64,000 nucleotides of DNA from the NCBI RefSeq assembly GCF_009914755.1, contig NC_060927.1; one strand, written 5' to 3'. The notes beneath the pieces were generated by a model. It was not told where the DNA came from, did no database searches, and worked only from the letters and a program-made list of their open reading frames with translations. The DNA is from the human T2T-CHM13v2.0 reference genome, Homo sapiens. This document shows positions 29,245-42,775 of this stretch, one piece after another (within the stretch, counting starts at the first letter, position 1; every line of letters starts with the position of its first letter). Position numbers and translations under genes: made by a program.

Positions 29245-30105
29245 TTTGTTTGTTTTTCTAATTGTGGCCAAACACATGACATAAAACTTACCACCTTAAC
29301 CATTTTGAGTGTACAGTAGTGGTAAATGTATGGCACATTGTTGTACAACAAACCTTTAAACTTTATCTTGCAAAACTTACATCCATTGAACAACACTCTC
29401 CTTTTTCTCCTTCCCGTGGTTCCTGGCAACATTGTATTTCTATTAAGAGTTTGACTACTTTAGATCTTATGTGAGTGGAGTGTGGTGTTCGTCCTTTTGT
29501 GACGAACTTATTTCATTTAGCATAATGTCCTCAAGGTTCATCATGTTGTAGCATGTGACCGGATCTCCTTCCTTTTTAAAGGCAGAATAATATTTCATTG
29601 TATGAATTCACCATGTTTTCTTTATTCATCTATTGACGGACATTTAGGTTGGTTCTATCTCCTGGCTGCCGTGATGAATGCTGCTATAAATGTGTACCAA
29701 TATCTCTTTGAGATCTTGTTTTCAGTTCTTTGGGGTATACACCCGGAAGTGGGATTACTGGATCAAATGGTACTTCTATTTTTAATTTTTAAGAAACCTC
29801 CATACTATTTTCCCAAATGGCTGCAGCATTTTAAGTTCTCACCAACAGTGCACAAGGGTTTCAATGGCTCCACGTCCTTGCCAACATTTATTGTTTTCCT
29901 TTTTTTTTTTAAATAGTGGCCCTCCTAATGGGTGTGAGATAATATTTTATTGTGATTTTGGTTTGCATCTCCCTGATGATTAGTAACATTGAGCATTGTT
30001 TCATCATCTGCTTGTTGGTCATTTTATATCTTTTTTGGAGAAATGTTTAGGTCCTTTGCCCAATTTTAAATTGGATTGTTTGGTTTTTATTGTTGTTGAG
30101 TTATC
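29245..30105 (-). mobile_element. L1MA/L1MB 3' fragment
   Basis: cataaaacttaccaccttaaccattttgagtgtacag...cttatttcatttagcataatgtcctcaaggttcatc...gacatttaggttgg...atctccctgatgattagt. Confidence 0.88.
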
Positions 30106-33100
30106 CTCATGGCATTTTGCACATGGGCAGTCTTGCTAGGAAAGGCTTGTCCTAAGTCCCCTCTGCCCCTGCCCCACTCTGTCCTCGGCACTTCTCTTTC
30201 TTCCCCTGTATGGGCTCTGCCTCCTTCGTGAAGCCTGTTAAGGGTTTTCTGGAACAAGCTGAGCATCTTTTGTGTCATTAGGAACTCAACATCATCTTAT
30301 TACTTATATTGTGTGTATAATTTATTTTGTGGCCATATGTCCCCTTTTATGGAAGCCACTTGGGGATAGAGACCAAATCTACCCACTTTCATTCTCAGCA
30401 TCTGGAGGACATCTCTCTAAGGAATGGCATCTGAAAGTGTGTTTGAATAATACAGGGACTGAGGGTCAATGTTAAAACAATTAGAAACCAAATTAGTTGC
30501 CATCTTTTCTTGGTGGCTGATTCTAAGTGGCTGAAGGAAACACCAGGAAACATTCTGTAAAATGTTCCTTGGAAATGGCAGGCAAAAACAAGAAACAGTG
30601 AGTGTCCCTATTTACATTTGGAGGTCTCATAGCCATTTGCTTTTTTCTTTAATGTTTCAACCCTACCTGTCAGAGCTTTCTGGGAGGCAAGTATTTACTT
30701 TTAAATTAAAAATGGGAAGGATATGTGTTGTTCAGGTGCATTTTGAGAACTTGAGAAGTGCCTGGGGGTGTAGGCAAGAGACCAGTATCCCCAAGGAGCA
30801 CAATATTGGATTCCAAGGTTGGGTTTGAAGAGGGAGAGGTGGGCTAGCTCTTTTGAAAGTGGTGTCTGGTGCTGATAGAAAACCTAAGAACAAATGGAGA
30901 ATTTGAAAGCTGCAATGGGGCGTGAAATGTCTCAGTGACCAAAGGCATTATGTGGACCATGGACCCAGCAACCAGCTCTGGCAAGGACCAGATTGTCAGG
31001 CTGGTCTGGCAGGTTGACCTTGGCTTAGTGCCTGCCCATCTCAGCTCCATGGACACTGTTGCACCTCCCAGGTTTTCCCCAGAAACAAATGATACTGGAT
31101 GTAAAGATAGCATCAGGATTAGAGGCAAGCCCCTTCCCTTCTCACTCTCTCATCCTGAGCTTCCTGTGTGCAGACGACATTTTAAGAAATGAGCGGGGAG
31201 GGGAATCACTTCTTGAAATAACCACTGAACAAACTCTGTATAGGCACTGACTGCTGCTCAGACTTTGGAGGACAACTCAAAATGTTCAAGTCTAATGTCG
31301 CCCCTTTTCATCAGACTTGCCAAGGCTCAGACAACAAATAATTTAAGCTTCTAGATTATTTTTGTGCAGAAGCAGTATTCTCTGGTTCTCTTTGTCATTT
31401 CCTTTCTAATTATCAGGGCTGTCCTTATCTGTTCAGTGCTTCCCATCTGTCCATTTTTTTTTTTCAAAGCCACAGGGTACATTTTTGCATTTACTTCTGT
31501 TGCTCTGTTTCCTGATTTTTTTTAAAGTGAACTTTTTATTGAGCTGTAACACACATGCAGAAAAAGGTATAAATCATCAATGTATACCTCAATAAATTTT
31601 CATTAGGTGAACGTCCTCAGAATAACATTTTCACACCCCAGCAGCCCCTTCCCAATGCCCCTCCTGGCCACTTCCTCCTCGGTTGGGGAGCTTCTTAGGG
31701 GAGTCTCATGGCATCTCAGCCTCTCTGTGATCCTGCTCCCCACCACACACCATTCTTAGCAGCCAGGCCCAGTTGTGGCCGTGCACTGTGGACCTGGATG
31801 CATGACAAAGGCTTTGGCCATCTCTATGGCAGGTGCGAATGTAGGAGGGTTGGCAGGGACTGATGTGCCTTTGTGGCCGAAGCACCCGGAAAGTGCCATT
31901 ACCCACCTCTAGGAGGGATGTGTTGTTTCCATACAACAAAAAAGGCCTTTGAAATAAAGTGTTTATTTTCTTTCTCTTTTTCCTCTTTTGGGAGGAAGAG
32001 CAATCCTTATACCTTGAAATGTGTCAGATTCTAATATTTGGAGTGGGACAAGGCCCTCCTTCCCCTTTCTTATGATTAGTTGAAATCTGAGTTTGAGCAA
32101 GTCTTGCTGTTTTCAGAGAATGCTCTCCTTCTCCTGTTCTTCCCTCACAGCCGAACTCATTTGGAGAGATTGATGGAGTTACTAATGCTTTGGAGACAGT
32201 CCCTAGGAATTTTTTTAAAATGTAGTGGTCAGATTGACATGTGTGTATATATAATGATAATCAAGGCTAAACACAGTCTTCTCTTTCTGTAATTTATATT
32301 CAGAGACACTTTGCATTGTTTTCCTACATGAATCCTTCCTTTGACACTTTGATCTCTGACCTCCCAGAATGCTTTTAGTTTAGTATGAAATGCAATATTT
32401 GGATCTTCTAGGAATTTTCCAAGATCACCCCTTAAATAGTTTATGGCACTTAAAAAATGAGACAATACACCAGACATTAAGTACAGCAAAGCCTTCCTAT
32501 AAGTGTCAGTGTGCAGCTGGCTATCAGACAGCACCATGATAAACATCCGCCTCTTTTCACAGCCCCTCCAACTCAGAAATACAATAAAACATGGTCAACC
32601 CTTGAAGCCAAGGGCTTTGCTAAGTCCAAAAACTTAGCAAAACCAAAACATAACTGATTTACCCACAAATTAGATAACAATAAGTGATTCAAGTTTGCGA
32701 GCCATAAGAATTGAGTCAGAACTTTAAAAATCAATTATTTAGCAGTATGGAGTGATTATTTACTTAGTGATATATTTTTTATAGTTCTCTGCCTCATATC
32801 ATTTCAGTCTATTTAGAAACCTGCTATTTTAGCACAAAACAGTATCAAGGAGAGGAGTGAATGTGGTTTGCAGCAGAAAAAATAACAATAGATTGTTTTC
32901 TGTAGTTTAATGTCATACGACAAGAGGCAGAATGTGGGCAAGCTCAGGTTTTGAGAGTCATTCTGAGTGTGTCCTCTTTTGCCATTGGGCAGAGAGTGGC
33001 CTTGTCCAGGGCCTTGGTGGCAGTGGCTTGAAGGATGAAGAGCAGAGAGCTTAGAAGGCTGTGATCTTATCATAGAATGATGTCAGGGAGAACCAGGCCC

Positions 33101-34050
33101 CAAGAGCCCCCTCACTCACTCGGTGACGTGGGGCATTCCATTCGACCCCAGAGTGGTTATTTCACATGTCCTGGGACATGTGGCAGGGGGGCTGTAAAGA
33201 GGATAAAGTCACCAGGCCTGCCCCAGGGGGTGGGTTTTGATGGCCTCTCAGGTAGGAATGAGAAGTTTTAAGATGGAAAATGCTTCATAGTGAAACAAGG
33301 AAGACTCAGAATTCCTGGATTCCAGTGCTGTTTGCAGCACTTACTAGCTCTGCCACTTAGGCAAAGCACTCTTTGATACATGGTGCTCTTGTACAGAAAA
33401 TGGGAATTCTAAAGACACCTCTGCTCACCTTCCAGGATTGCAGAAGAGGTCAGAGGTAGACCATAAGAACGCTAAATGTTATCACTTACGAAAACAATGC
33501 GTTTGAGGGAGGCAAACCAAGATGTTAAAAACTGATTATTTTCAAAAGCAATATTTTAAGAAAATGCATTCACTGGCTGGGGTGAAGTGAACTGATATCA
33601 GAAGTGAGTAGTGAATGCCCAGGAGAAGTGGAACGGGCTGGGCAGGGTAGAGTGTGTGCCTCTGAGTAAGCAGCTCGGCTCTTCATCAGCACAGCAGTGA
33701 CATCTGGATGTGCAGAGACATGCACGGGAACTGGGGCCACTGTCATGTCCAAGCAGAAGGCAGGGGCATGTTTAGTGTGGCAGAAGGACGATCCAGGCCT
33801 GCATCCTGGCTGCTGGCACTGCTCCAGTGTCTGTTAGCAGAGCTGCCCTGCCTCATGGTGTCTTGCGTGGCTTCGACCCTAGTGCTGAGAGGCTCCTCTG
33901 GAGAGCTGGCCAATGCATCTGTCCATCTTCTTCGCCAGTATGCGGAGCTCTCGTGCACCCCAAGACCCTTGGCCATGAACCTTCCTTCAGCTTTCTCCTC
34001 AGAGAGGCCTTCCTTGACCTGCCTGGCAAAACCAGCCACTCCCTGGCATG

Positions 34051-34170
34051 AGGGAACTTTCTGGTGAGATGGAGATGTTCTGTGTCTTGCTAGGGCCTTG
34101 GTGACATGAGTGTGTACATTTGTCAAAGCTCATTTGTGCATTTTGCTGTATGTAAGTTTCCATAAAAAAA
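34051..34170 (+). mobile_element. L1ME 3' fragment
   Basis: gggaactttctgg...gatggagatgttctgtgtcttg...tgtgtacatttgtcaaa. Confidence 0.65.
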
Positions 34171-34259
34171 CAACTCTCCACACACATTTACTTCTAGTTA
34201 ATGAGATGCATGCTGAAGTGTTTCTGTGGGTAGAAACATGGTTGAATATCAGCCATTCC

Positions 34260-34830
34260 TCCCTTCCCTGCTGTCTCCACATCGGTTCAGTCCCTTGGGC
34301 CTGTCAGCTCTGAAGCCACCCCCGTCGCCCATCTCCACTGCCCCTCCTGGTCCAGACCTGCATCATCTCTCACCTGGTGTTCATTTGCACTTTTGCCCTC
34401 CTGCAGTCTCCACCAAGCAGCCAAATGGTCTTTCCAAACTGTCACTTGGATCATGCTTCTCAACTGTGTAAGACTCTCCACCACTTCCCATTGCAGATCT
34501 GCTGAAGTCACAGCCATTCCTACGTCCCCCTGTGGTCCAACCTTGGCCGCCTCTTTGATCTTATCTCCTTCCCACCATGGTCACTCCAGACCGGCCTTTC
34601 TTTCTCTTGAGCCTCTGAGCCTTTCTCACGATGTATCCTTTACATTCTGCTATCCTTTGAATCCTCCCAGAACCCTCTTCCCCTCATGCTTCAGGCCTTC
34701 CCGACCTCTGGTGGAAACTATCCTTCCCACTCCCAGATTCTCTATTCTATAACCTTGTTTCTTTCCTTCCCAATGCTCAGGACTAGCTACAATTCTCATT
34801 TGTTGATATATTTATTTCCTGTCTCCTAGT
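34260..34830 (+). mobile_element. L2 fragment
   Basis: Pyrimidine-rich; catcatctctcacctgg...cagccaaatggtctttccaaa...ggatcatg...aagactctcc...cttcccattgc. Confidence 0.55.
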
Positions 34831-35023
34831 AGGCTCCCAGTGGCTTGTTCCTGTTCATGCAGTTTTCTGATGCCCAAAAAAGTGCCTGTTATGAAGGTGT
34901 GGCTTTCTGGTCCCTCTGCTCCTCTCTTCTCCCACAGAAAGAAACATCTGGCACTGACAGGAGTCTGCTTTGTGATCTTTTGGGGCCAACTTTCCTGCTC
35001 TCAACTGCTCTCTATCCCTTTAG

Positions 35024-35147
35024 GCCTGTGCTCATCGCTGGAAGAACATCTACTATGAAGCCGACCACATCCTACCCCATGGCTTCTGCTACATCATCCC
35101 CTCCAACCTCCAGGCCAAAGGCAGGACGCTGATCCCTTGCTATGAAG
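35024..35147 (+). CDS. ITGA9: ITGA9 exon 4 (124 nt)
   Basis: tctatccctttag|GCC TGT GCT = ACAHRWKNIYYEADHILPHGFCYIIPSNLQAKGRTLIPCYE; donor AAG|gtgagc. Confidence 0.97.
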
Positions 35148-36984
35148 GTGAGCATGGATTGATTTTTCCTCATCCCCCTACCCACCTCATGCCCTAAGCC
35201 CGCCTTCCCACCTCTATGCACCACCAGCTGAACATTTCCCCAGCTTTCCACATGCTCATGATAGGGCAGCACTGTTTGCTCCCAGATGGTCTCTTGGTCC
35301 CCAAGGCCCTGCCCAGAGAAGAGGCAGGTACAGAGGGGGCAGCAGTCCCAGGCCTTTCCAACCCTCACCTGACTTGGCTGCAGAGCCCACGGTGCTTACC
35401 AAGCATTATGAAGTCTCAGGGACCGAAATTCACCAAGCCTCAGCCAAGTGACCTAACAGCTGCCTTGGTTTTCTGGTAATGCCAGGTGCTGTGTTGCCTT
35501 GGGAAACTTACCTTCTCTCTCTGGACCTCAGTTTCCTTGTCCGAATATTCAGTGGTTGGCCCAGATGATCTCTACAGCCCCAGGCAGCTCCAAGTCAGTC
35601 ATTAGGCTCCCACACAGCTTCTGGCTGCACTGTGGACAGATGTCCTGAGGCTGGGGGGAGAGGAGACCCAGGATTCATAAAGCAGCAGCTGGACAGAAAC
35701 CTGACACTCTGAACTTTCAGCATTTCATGACATTTGAGGTCTGACTTTCCTTCCCATGTGGTCCTGCAGCCCAGGCAGATGCTGGAGAATTGGGCGCATC
35801 CTGAATGTGGTTTTAAGAGCTCCTCGCCAAGGGGCACTTGGAAGGAAAATGTATCCTCTCAGACTTAGAACCTTCAAATGCCTGGGCATCGAGGACAGTC
35901 ACTAATAGTGATTGAGTCAGTCACTATTTAGCCCAGTCGAATCTGAGCTTTAAGCGTTCAGAAAACACGGTTATTTTCTTCAGTTTGATAGCTCGTAGTT
36001 TCAAGTTTTCTCAGCCTAATTTTGGGTAAGCTGGAACCTGCTCCTTCTGTAAGTGCTGGACTATTTATTTCTTAATTCCCCTCCTACTTTATTTGGACAG
36101 AAGTCTCACTGGCTTATGTCCACATTGCCTTTGGGCCTCCCTGGGTTTTCCTAGGTTTCAAATTTTGTGGACACTAAAAAGGATTCATGAGAAACACTAT
36201 ATGGACACTGGGACCCTTCTGGGTACTGAGGTGACACAGGTAGGGTGCTCTGGGAAACGTCCCCCACAGAAGAGCCAGCAAGATCTCTGCAGGAGGCACA
36301 AACCCTCTCCCCTATAGAGTGAGCCTTCCTTTGGTTTTTCTTTCTCCTCTGTATCAGCATTTGATCAGCTCTGGCTGGGCCATGTAGGGAAATGAAACTC
36401 TGGCCCTGTTTATATCTGTATTGTCCCAAACAGAAGAAGAACAAACTTCATCTTAAAAATAGAGGATGATATAATCAATCAAGAGTGGAGGGATCGTTGG
36501 TTTCAGAAACGCAAAGCATGTGTCAAGCCTGGGTTTCCACTGCCCCAGTTTACTCCTCCTTTTTCCTAAGGAAGAAAAAGGAAAAGCCTCTGGAACAACC
36601 GGTGGGGCAGCTCTTCAGGCTGAGAAGGAGCGATGGGCTCAGCAGGGTGATGGAGGCAGTGATTGTTGAACCATACTAGTTATGCATAGGACCAGTACTT
36701 TGGTTTTCCCAGAAGATGACATGTTGTGACAGGGACACATGATGGTCCCTGATGATTCCTCTATATATACCACAAGCACAAGGACAGCCCTCCGAAGAGG
36801 GAGGTGGAGTTCAATGTCCATGTGTACGCAGGTCCACGAGGCTCATAATTCTGCATTACTTTCTATTAAGTAGCTGTGGATCATCAGTAGGCCAGTGTTG
36901 ATCTGAGGTCTTTACACATTCTCTCATCTAATCTTCCCAGAAGCTGTGAAAAATGTTTGTTTCTTTTTTTTCTTGGGTCTGATT

Positions 36985-37350
36985 ACAGGTATTTTATTTT
37001 GGAAATTGTTCTAGAAGACACCAGTGAGGCAGGGGGAAGTAAGAATGGGAAGGGAAGGCAGCCCATGGAAGATGTACTCCTCAGCACGTTACCTGGGCGA
37101 GTGGGTGCAGTCTCTGGGGTGGGTGCTGGGGCCAGTGTGGAGCACACATCTAGAGTCCTCCTGCCTGAGGGCTGAGGGGAAGGGGCTTCCTCCACCTGGC
37201 ATCCTGTCCTGCCATGTGTGTGGGCTGGGAAAGCCTCCAGGACAGAGGTGCTGGCAGGTGGCAGTCAGGCCACATCATAGGAACGGTGGTAGGAGCTGGG
37301 GGGAGACAGGTGGGATGCCCAAAGGCCAGCTTCTGTGTTGTCATTCTCCT
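36985..37350. mobile_element. ERVL LTR (LTR16-like) within a MIR
   Basis: caccagtgagg...gggaagggaaggcagcc...cagtgtggagcacacatctagagtc...cctgaggg; MIR pieces on both sides. Confidence 0.45.
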
Positions 37351-38211
37351 GTGACAGGAGTAAGTGGAGACTCAGAGTGTATGTGAATTGCCCCAGGTCA
37401 CTCAAACAATAAATGGTGGAGCAGGATTTTGAAGCTGGCCTCTGTCTGACTCAGCAAACCATTTTGTGTCCTGGTAATTAATGGTAATTTCTGTTAGTTT
37501 GTTTTTTAGGGTTTCTAATTTAAATGAGAAGTAAAAGCCAGTCAGCAACCCTCACAAAGCAAGAAAGGGTGACTGAACTATCCCAAAAATACAATGGACT
37601 TAATGATGGTTAAATGGAACTGGTGAAGAAATTAGCAAAATGATTATGCCCCTGCCCAATCTTCCTTCCCATGGGCGCACACACACTTTTATATGCTAAC
37701 CCATTCATTGGCCCAGGGTGGGAAATAAGGGATGGATGGGTCTGGCATGTGGAGTACTGGGGTGTAAGAGCAGCCCCTTAGAAAAATGGGGGACTAAATT
37801 GAAAGTTTCTGTAGTTCTTGGCCCTGTAAGAGGAGAGGGGTAGAAGATGCTGAGTATTTTTCTAGAAGACTGGACTGGACGGGTGGGGCTGGGAGGATGC
37901 TGGCCGTAGTGAGAGGGCTCTTGTCTGTGCTCTGTTGGCTTTAGGCATCTCCACCTCCCTGTTTTGTGGTTTAAACTAGACCTACTTTGGCTTTTAAGGC
38001 CACCATTATTTCCTCAATGTGGAGAAACTCAGTAATGCAAGTTCTCTGTTCCACATTAGGGATCACATTATGGTTAAAGACAATGGGAAGATTTTAGAGT
38101 TTGACAGGACCTTTCAGATACCACCTAGAACAGCCTCCTGTCTTTCATGAGGTCCAGAGAGGTGATGGCCTGAGTTTTTCTTTCTAATCTGTTATTCACA
38201 TGCCACACAAT

Positions 38212-38420
38212 GGAGAGGCAGAGTAGCTTGGTGGCCAATGCACAGATTCTGGACACAGACTGCCGGAGTTCAAGTCCCGGCTCTGCTACTTCCTCTTATT
38301 AACAGTGTAATCTCAGATGGGTTATTTAAGTTCTCTGTGCCTAACCAACCTCAAGGGTCTATGAAGAGGACTGAGTTAATGCTTCTAAGTCCTTAGAACA
38401 GTGTCTGGCATATACTTGCT
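38212..38420 (+). mobile_element. MIR
   Basis: gaggcagagtagcttggtgg...gattctggacacagactgcc.gagttcaagtcccggctctgctactt...cttagaacagtgtctggcata. Confidence 0.75.
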
Positions 38421-41400
38421 AATATATGCTAAGCATATATATACTAATATGCCATGTACAACATACTGTATTCTGAGCAAGTGTTTGTTAATCATCATAG
38501 GGTGACTGACTTGTGTACCGGGAATAGAATCCACTTAATCTTAAGTACTTGTTAGTTGCCAGATAGACAAAACCCAAGTGACACAGTTCCAGCTACCAAG
38601 AAGCTCCCCATCTACAGGGGAAAACAGAGAGGGGACAGGGTGTTTTAAAAGTGGGAGGGCCGTGTGGAGAGAGAATTTCCTGCCAGTGTGTACTGCTGGA
38701 GCCCGTCCCCAAGGGCTTGAGCTGCATCCAAGTGCAAGGTGGCATTATTTCATTTTACAATTGGAAAAACTGAAACCCACTTAAAGTCTGCAGGCTGTTG
38801 AGACTATGGAAGAGAGGGATGGTGGAAATTCGAGACTGGTCATGGTGGTGGGAACAGGGCAAGGGAGGAGGGGGACGGCTGCCTCTAAACCCACTTCTTG
38901 TGGGATGGTGGAAAGACCGTGGGAGGGGCTGTGGGTTGAGGACGGCTCTGCTGCACTTCTGCCCCTTTAGCCTCAGGCCTGTCACTTGGCCTCTCAGTGG
39001 GAGTCGATGCTGTGATGCCTCCACTGCATTTACCGCTTTGGGTTATGGTGAGGAGCTCCCGAGAAAACTCAGGTGAAAGTGCTCAGCAAGGCCACCCATT
39101 GTTCTATAACTGTGGCCTCATGGTAAGTCTCCATATGGGCCAGCTGTGCTCCTTTACAACATTGGAAGGTCGGTTTGGTTGCAGAGACTCTAAATATGTG
39201 GGGATCTCTCCAAAATGTCTCAAGCTTTTGAATTCTTAAAAAATTGGTCTCTGGTTTGGCACTAGGACATGGCTTCTCAGGTGCTTCCTGTTTCTGGTTG
39301 GATGGGAAAAGCTACCAGAATATCCTGTTGGAACCAGGAAAAACAGAGGAAATGGGAAATAAAAATGAATTTAGGACATAAACTCATGGAGCATATCCTT
39401 CAGTCAGTTTAGTTTGTGTTTGTCTGATGTGAGAACATCATTACCTACCATATGTTCTTTGGTTTTATCAGAATGTGTGAGAAAACGAGATCTTTGGTGG
39501 GACGATGTATAGGGAAAACTACTTGTAAATTAAAGGGCAAGCACTATAAAACATTAATTACTATTAACCAAGCTATGATATTTTAGGACTCCGAAATGTT
39601 AAGTCAATGCATGTGATAAAATCAAGTACAGAGATTTCTTTCATCCTTTGCCCTTGAGACCACTGAGGCAAGAAGCCGGAACTTAGCAGGAGTGAGACTG
39701 CAAACAAGTTGTCTTTTTATTGTGACCGAAAAACCTGATGAGTGTGGAATAGTTTGGGAGCAGCATGGCAAATTAACAAAGCCTGTTCAAGATTAAACTC
39801 TGAGAAAGAAATGCAAGAGGTAATTATGATGCCATGGTATGTTAGACCTAAATTGTGGAATCTGGCTTTACTACTCACTTATTGCTATGATTAAACCTAT
39901 ATGCTCCTACTTTCTGACTTAGTGACCTTAGGCAAGCTCCATGAGCCTGGTGCCCTCATCTATAAAATGGGGAGATTAAGATCTACTTAAGAGGTATGTG
40001 AGGTATAAAGTGCCTACCACAGTGCTCAGTCGAGAGTGAATGCTGCTCATTGCCTTCAATTAGAAAATGTAAATTTTCTAATTAATTTTCAAGCAACATA
40101 ATAGTATTCTTAAATATTCTCAGAAGGTGTCTAACATATCCTGTTTTAGTGACTAGATAATGAAGGGTAGAAAGCTGGATATTCCTAAAATGATTTTAAG
40201 AGCCCTTGGCAAGTTATAATTTCTCAAATACTGTTGAAGATCATATTGGCACAATTTGGTTGGTAAGTGTTCCTTCCCTCTTTTTGTAGATGACCTAAAA
40301 CTTTAACTCATGCCATGTTTAAATGTTCTTAAATTTGGGATTGTTGAAGTCTGAATTTTACTGTGCTTTAAAATTGTGATGGAAAAACTTCCTATGGATT
40401 CCAAAGATTTCTGTACCACTCTATTATCAGGGAATGACTGGCTTTTATTTCTAGTGTGTGTTTGCATTTCCTAGGACAGTGATCATTTCCAGGGAAGGAA
40501 ATAGATTACCCATTCAAAGGTGAAGATTTTTTTCCCCTTTAATGTTAAAAGTGGTCTCCACAAGGGATAAAAATCAACGAAGGTCCATTTACAAATGAAA
40601 AGGAATTGGGGTTTTGTTGTATTTTTGTTTTGTTTTTGTTTTGGAGAGAACCATAAAAGGCTAAGTTGATCCATTTAAAAATTCAAGAACAAGCCTCATA
40701 AATTTTTATTAAATAAAGACCTCTACATTTACATAGGATTTTATGGTTTCCAAGGAGCTTTAATAAACATATCTTATTTAAATAAATAGAGCAAATTAAA
40801 GAGAAGAGGATGCAGTTGTACATTATGGCCAGTTAAACAGAGAGGGATTCTGAGGGGGAGGAAGGGAGGGTGGCCCCAGAGGACAGCCATGGCTGTAAGG
40901 AGGAGGCCAGAGGTCTCCAGCAGGGCCTCTCTGGGGCTTTCCAGGTTTCCTTGGAGCCAAGAATTTTAATCTTGGGCAAACCTGTCTCCTATACTTCAAA
41001 CGTGTTTCCATGTATTACGTGGAATTATAGACTACCTAAACTGCATCTTTTGTTTCTCTCAGAAAAATTCACAGATTCAGATTCACCTAATATTTATTGA
41101 GCACCTACCTGGTGCCAGGGGTTGTGCTAGGTACTTAACATTTTTGATCTTACTGAGTAATCACATCATTCTCAGATAAGTATTCTTATCCTTGTTATAC
41201 AGATGAGAAAACTGAGGCCCAGGGAGCTTGATGAAGGTCACAGGCTTATTAGTCAGAGGAGGGGTTGACGGCTTTTAAGTGTGTAGTAGGTTTCTTTGTA
41301 GCTACCTGTTCTGTTGGGATCCTGGTTTTCTTGGTGATTACTGAGTGCTGTGGCCTATCACAGAAAAAAAAGTCATATTTTTTTTCAATGGCATAATTTT

Positions 41401-41648
41401 ATGAATTTTTGGGACACTACACTATAGACTTGTTAAGCTATGTTTCAGTTTTGCAATTATAGATACACTCTGTAGACAAGTCCCAGTAGGTACAGAGGGC
41501 AGACGTGGGTCCTCAGACTGATAAAATGTAGCCAGGAGACCAATCTGCTCTAGTCTGGAGTGGCTGCTTACTGGGAACATTTGGTTTCAGTATCTGCACA
41601 GCAGTTTGTCTGTCCATGCTTTGGTGCCAGTTATTTCATGAGTCTTTT

Positions 41649-41765
41649 TATTTTTATTTTTTGGTTATATAGATCAGAGGTTTCCGTGTTGCCCAGGCTG
41701 GCCTCGAACGTCTAGCCTCGCCTTCTTATGCGCCAGGACAACAGGCCTGAGCCACTGCAGCTCCC
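41649..41765 (-). mobile_element. Retrocopy of a short Alu-monomer-derived Pol III RNA (ASR/CAS/snaR-related)
   Basis: Minus strand GGGAGCTGCAGTGGCTCAGGCCTGTTGTCCTGGCGC...CGTTCGAGGCCAGCCTGGGCAACACGGAAACC...A-tail; perfect 17-bp TSD tatttcatgagtctttt at 41632-41648 and 41766-41782. Confidence 0.75.
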
Positions 41766-42044
41766 TATTTCATGAGTCTTTTAGCTTTGGTCCCAAAATT
41801 GAATTCTGCTCAGTTCTGAGCTGGGGTTCTCACTGAAATGTGACTGTCCCATGTTCAGGGTCACTTTTTTTTTTCTGAGAGTAGAGCATGACACAATGCA
41901 TAGTAAGTTGCATGTCTATATATACATTATTATGTGCCTGTATTATTACTTGCTGCTGAAGTAGGGAGTTGGCAAAATGGGTTGCTAAGTTCTAGGTAAA
42001 GGGAACGCTTTAAAGATTACAAAACTCCTTTTTTGGTAATATTA

Positions 42045-42775
<731 letters not shown>

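Noticed and set aside
38422-38440. ATATATGCT-A-AGCATATAT inverted repeat
   Set aside because: Mostly low-complexity AT dinucleotide at a MIR end.
41649-41765. BC200 pseudogene or ordinary FLAM as identity of the short retrocopy
   Set aside because: Lacks the GGCCGGGCGC start, the GTAATCCCAGC segment and the full A-B spacer found in BC200/FLAM.
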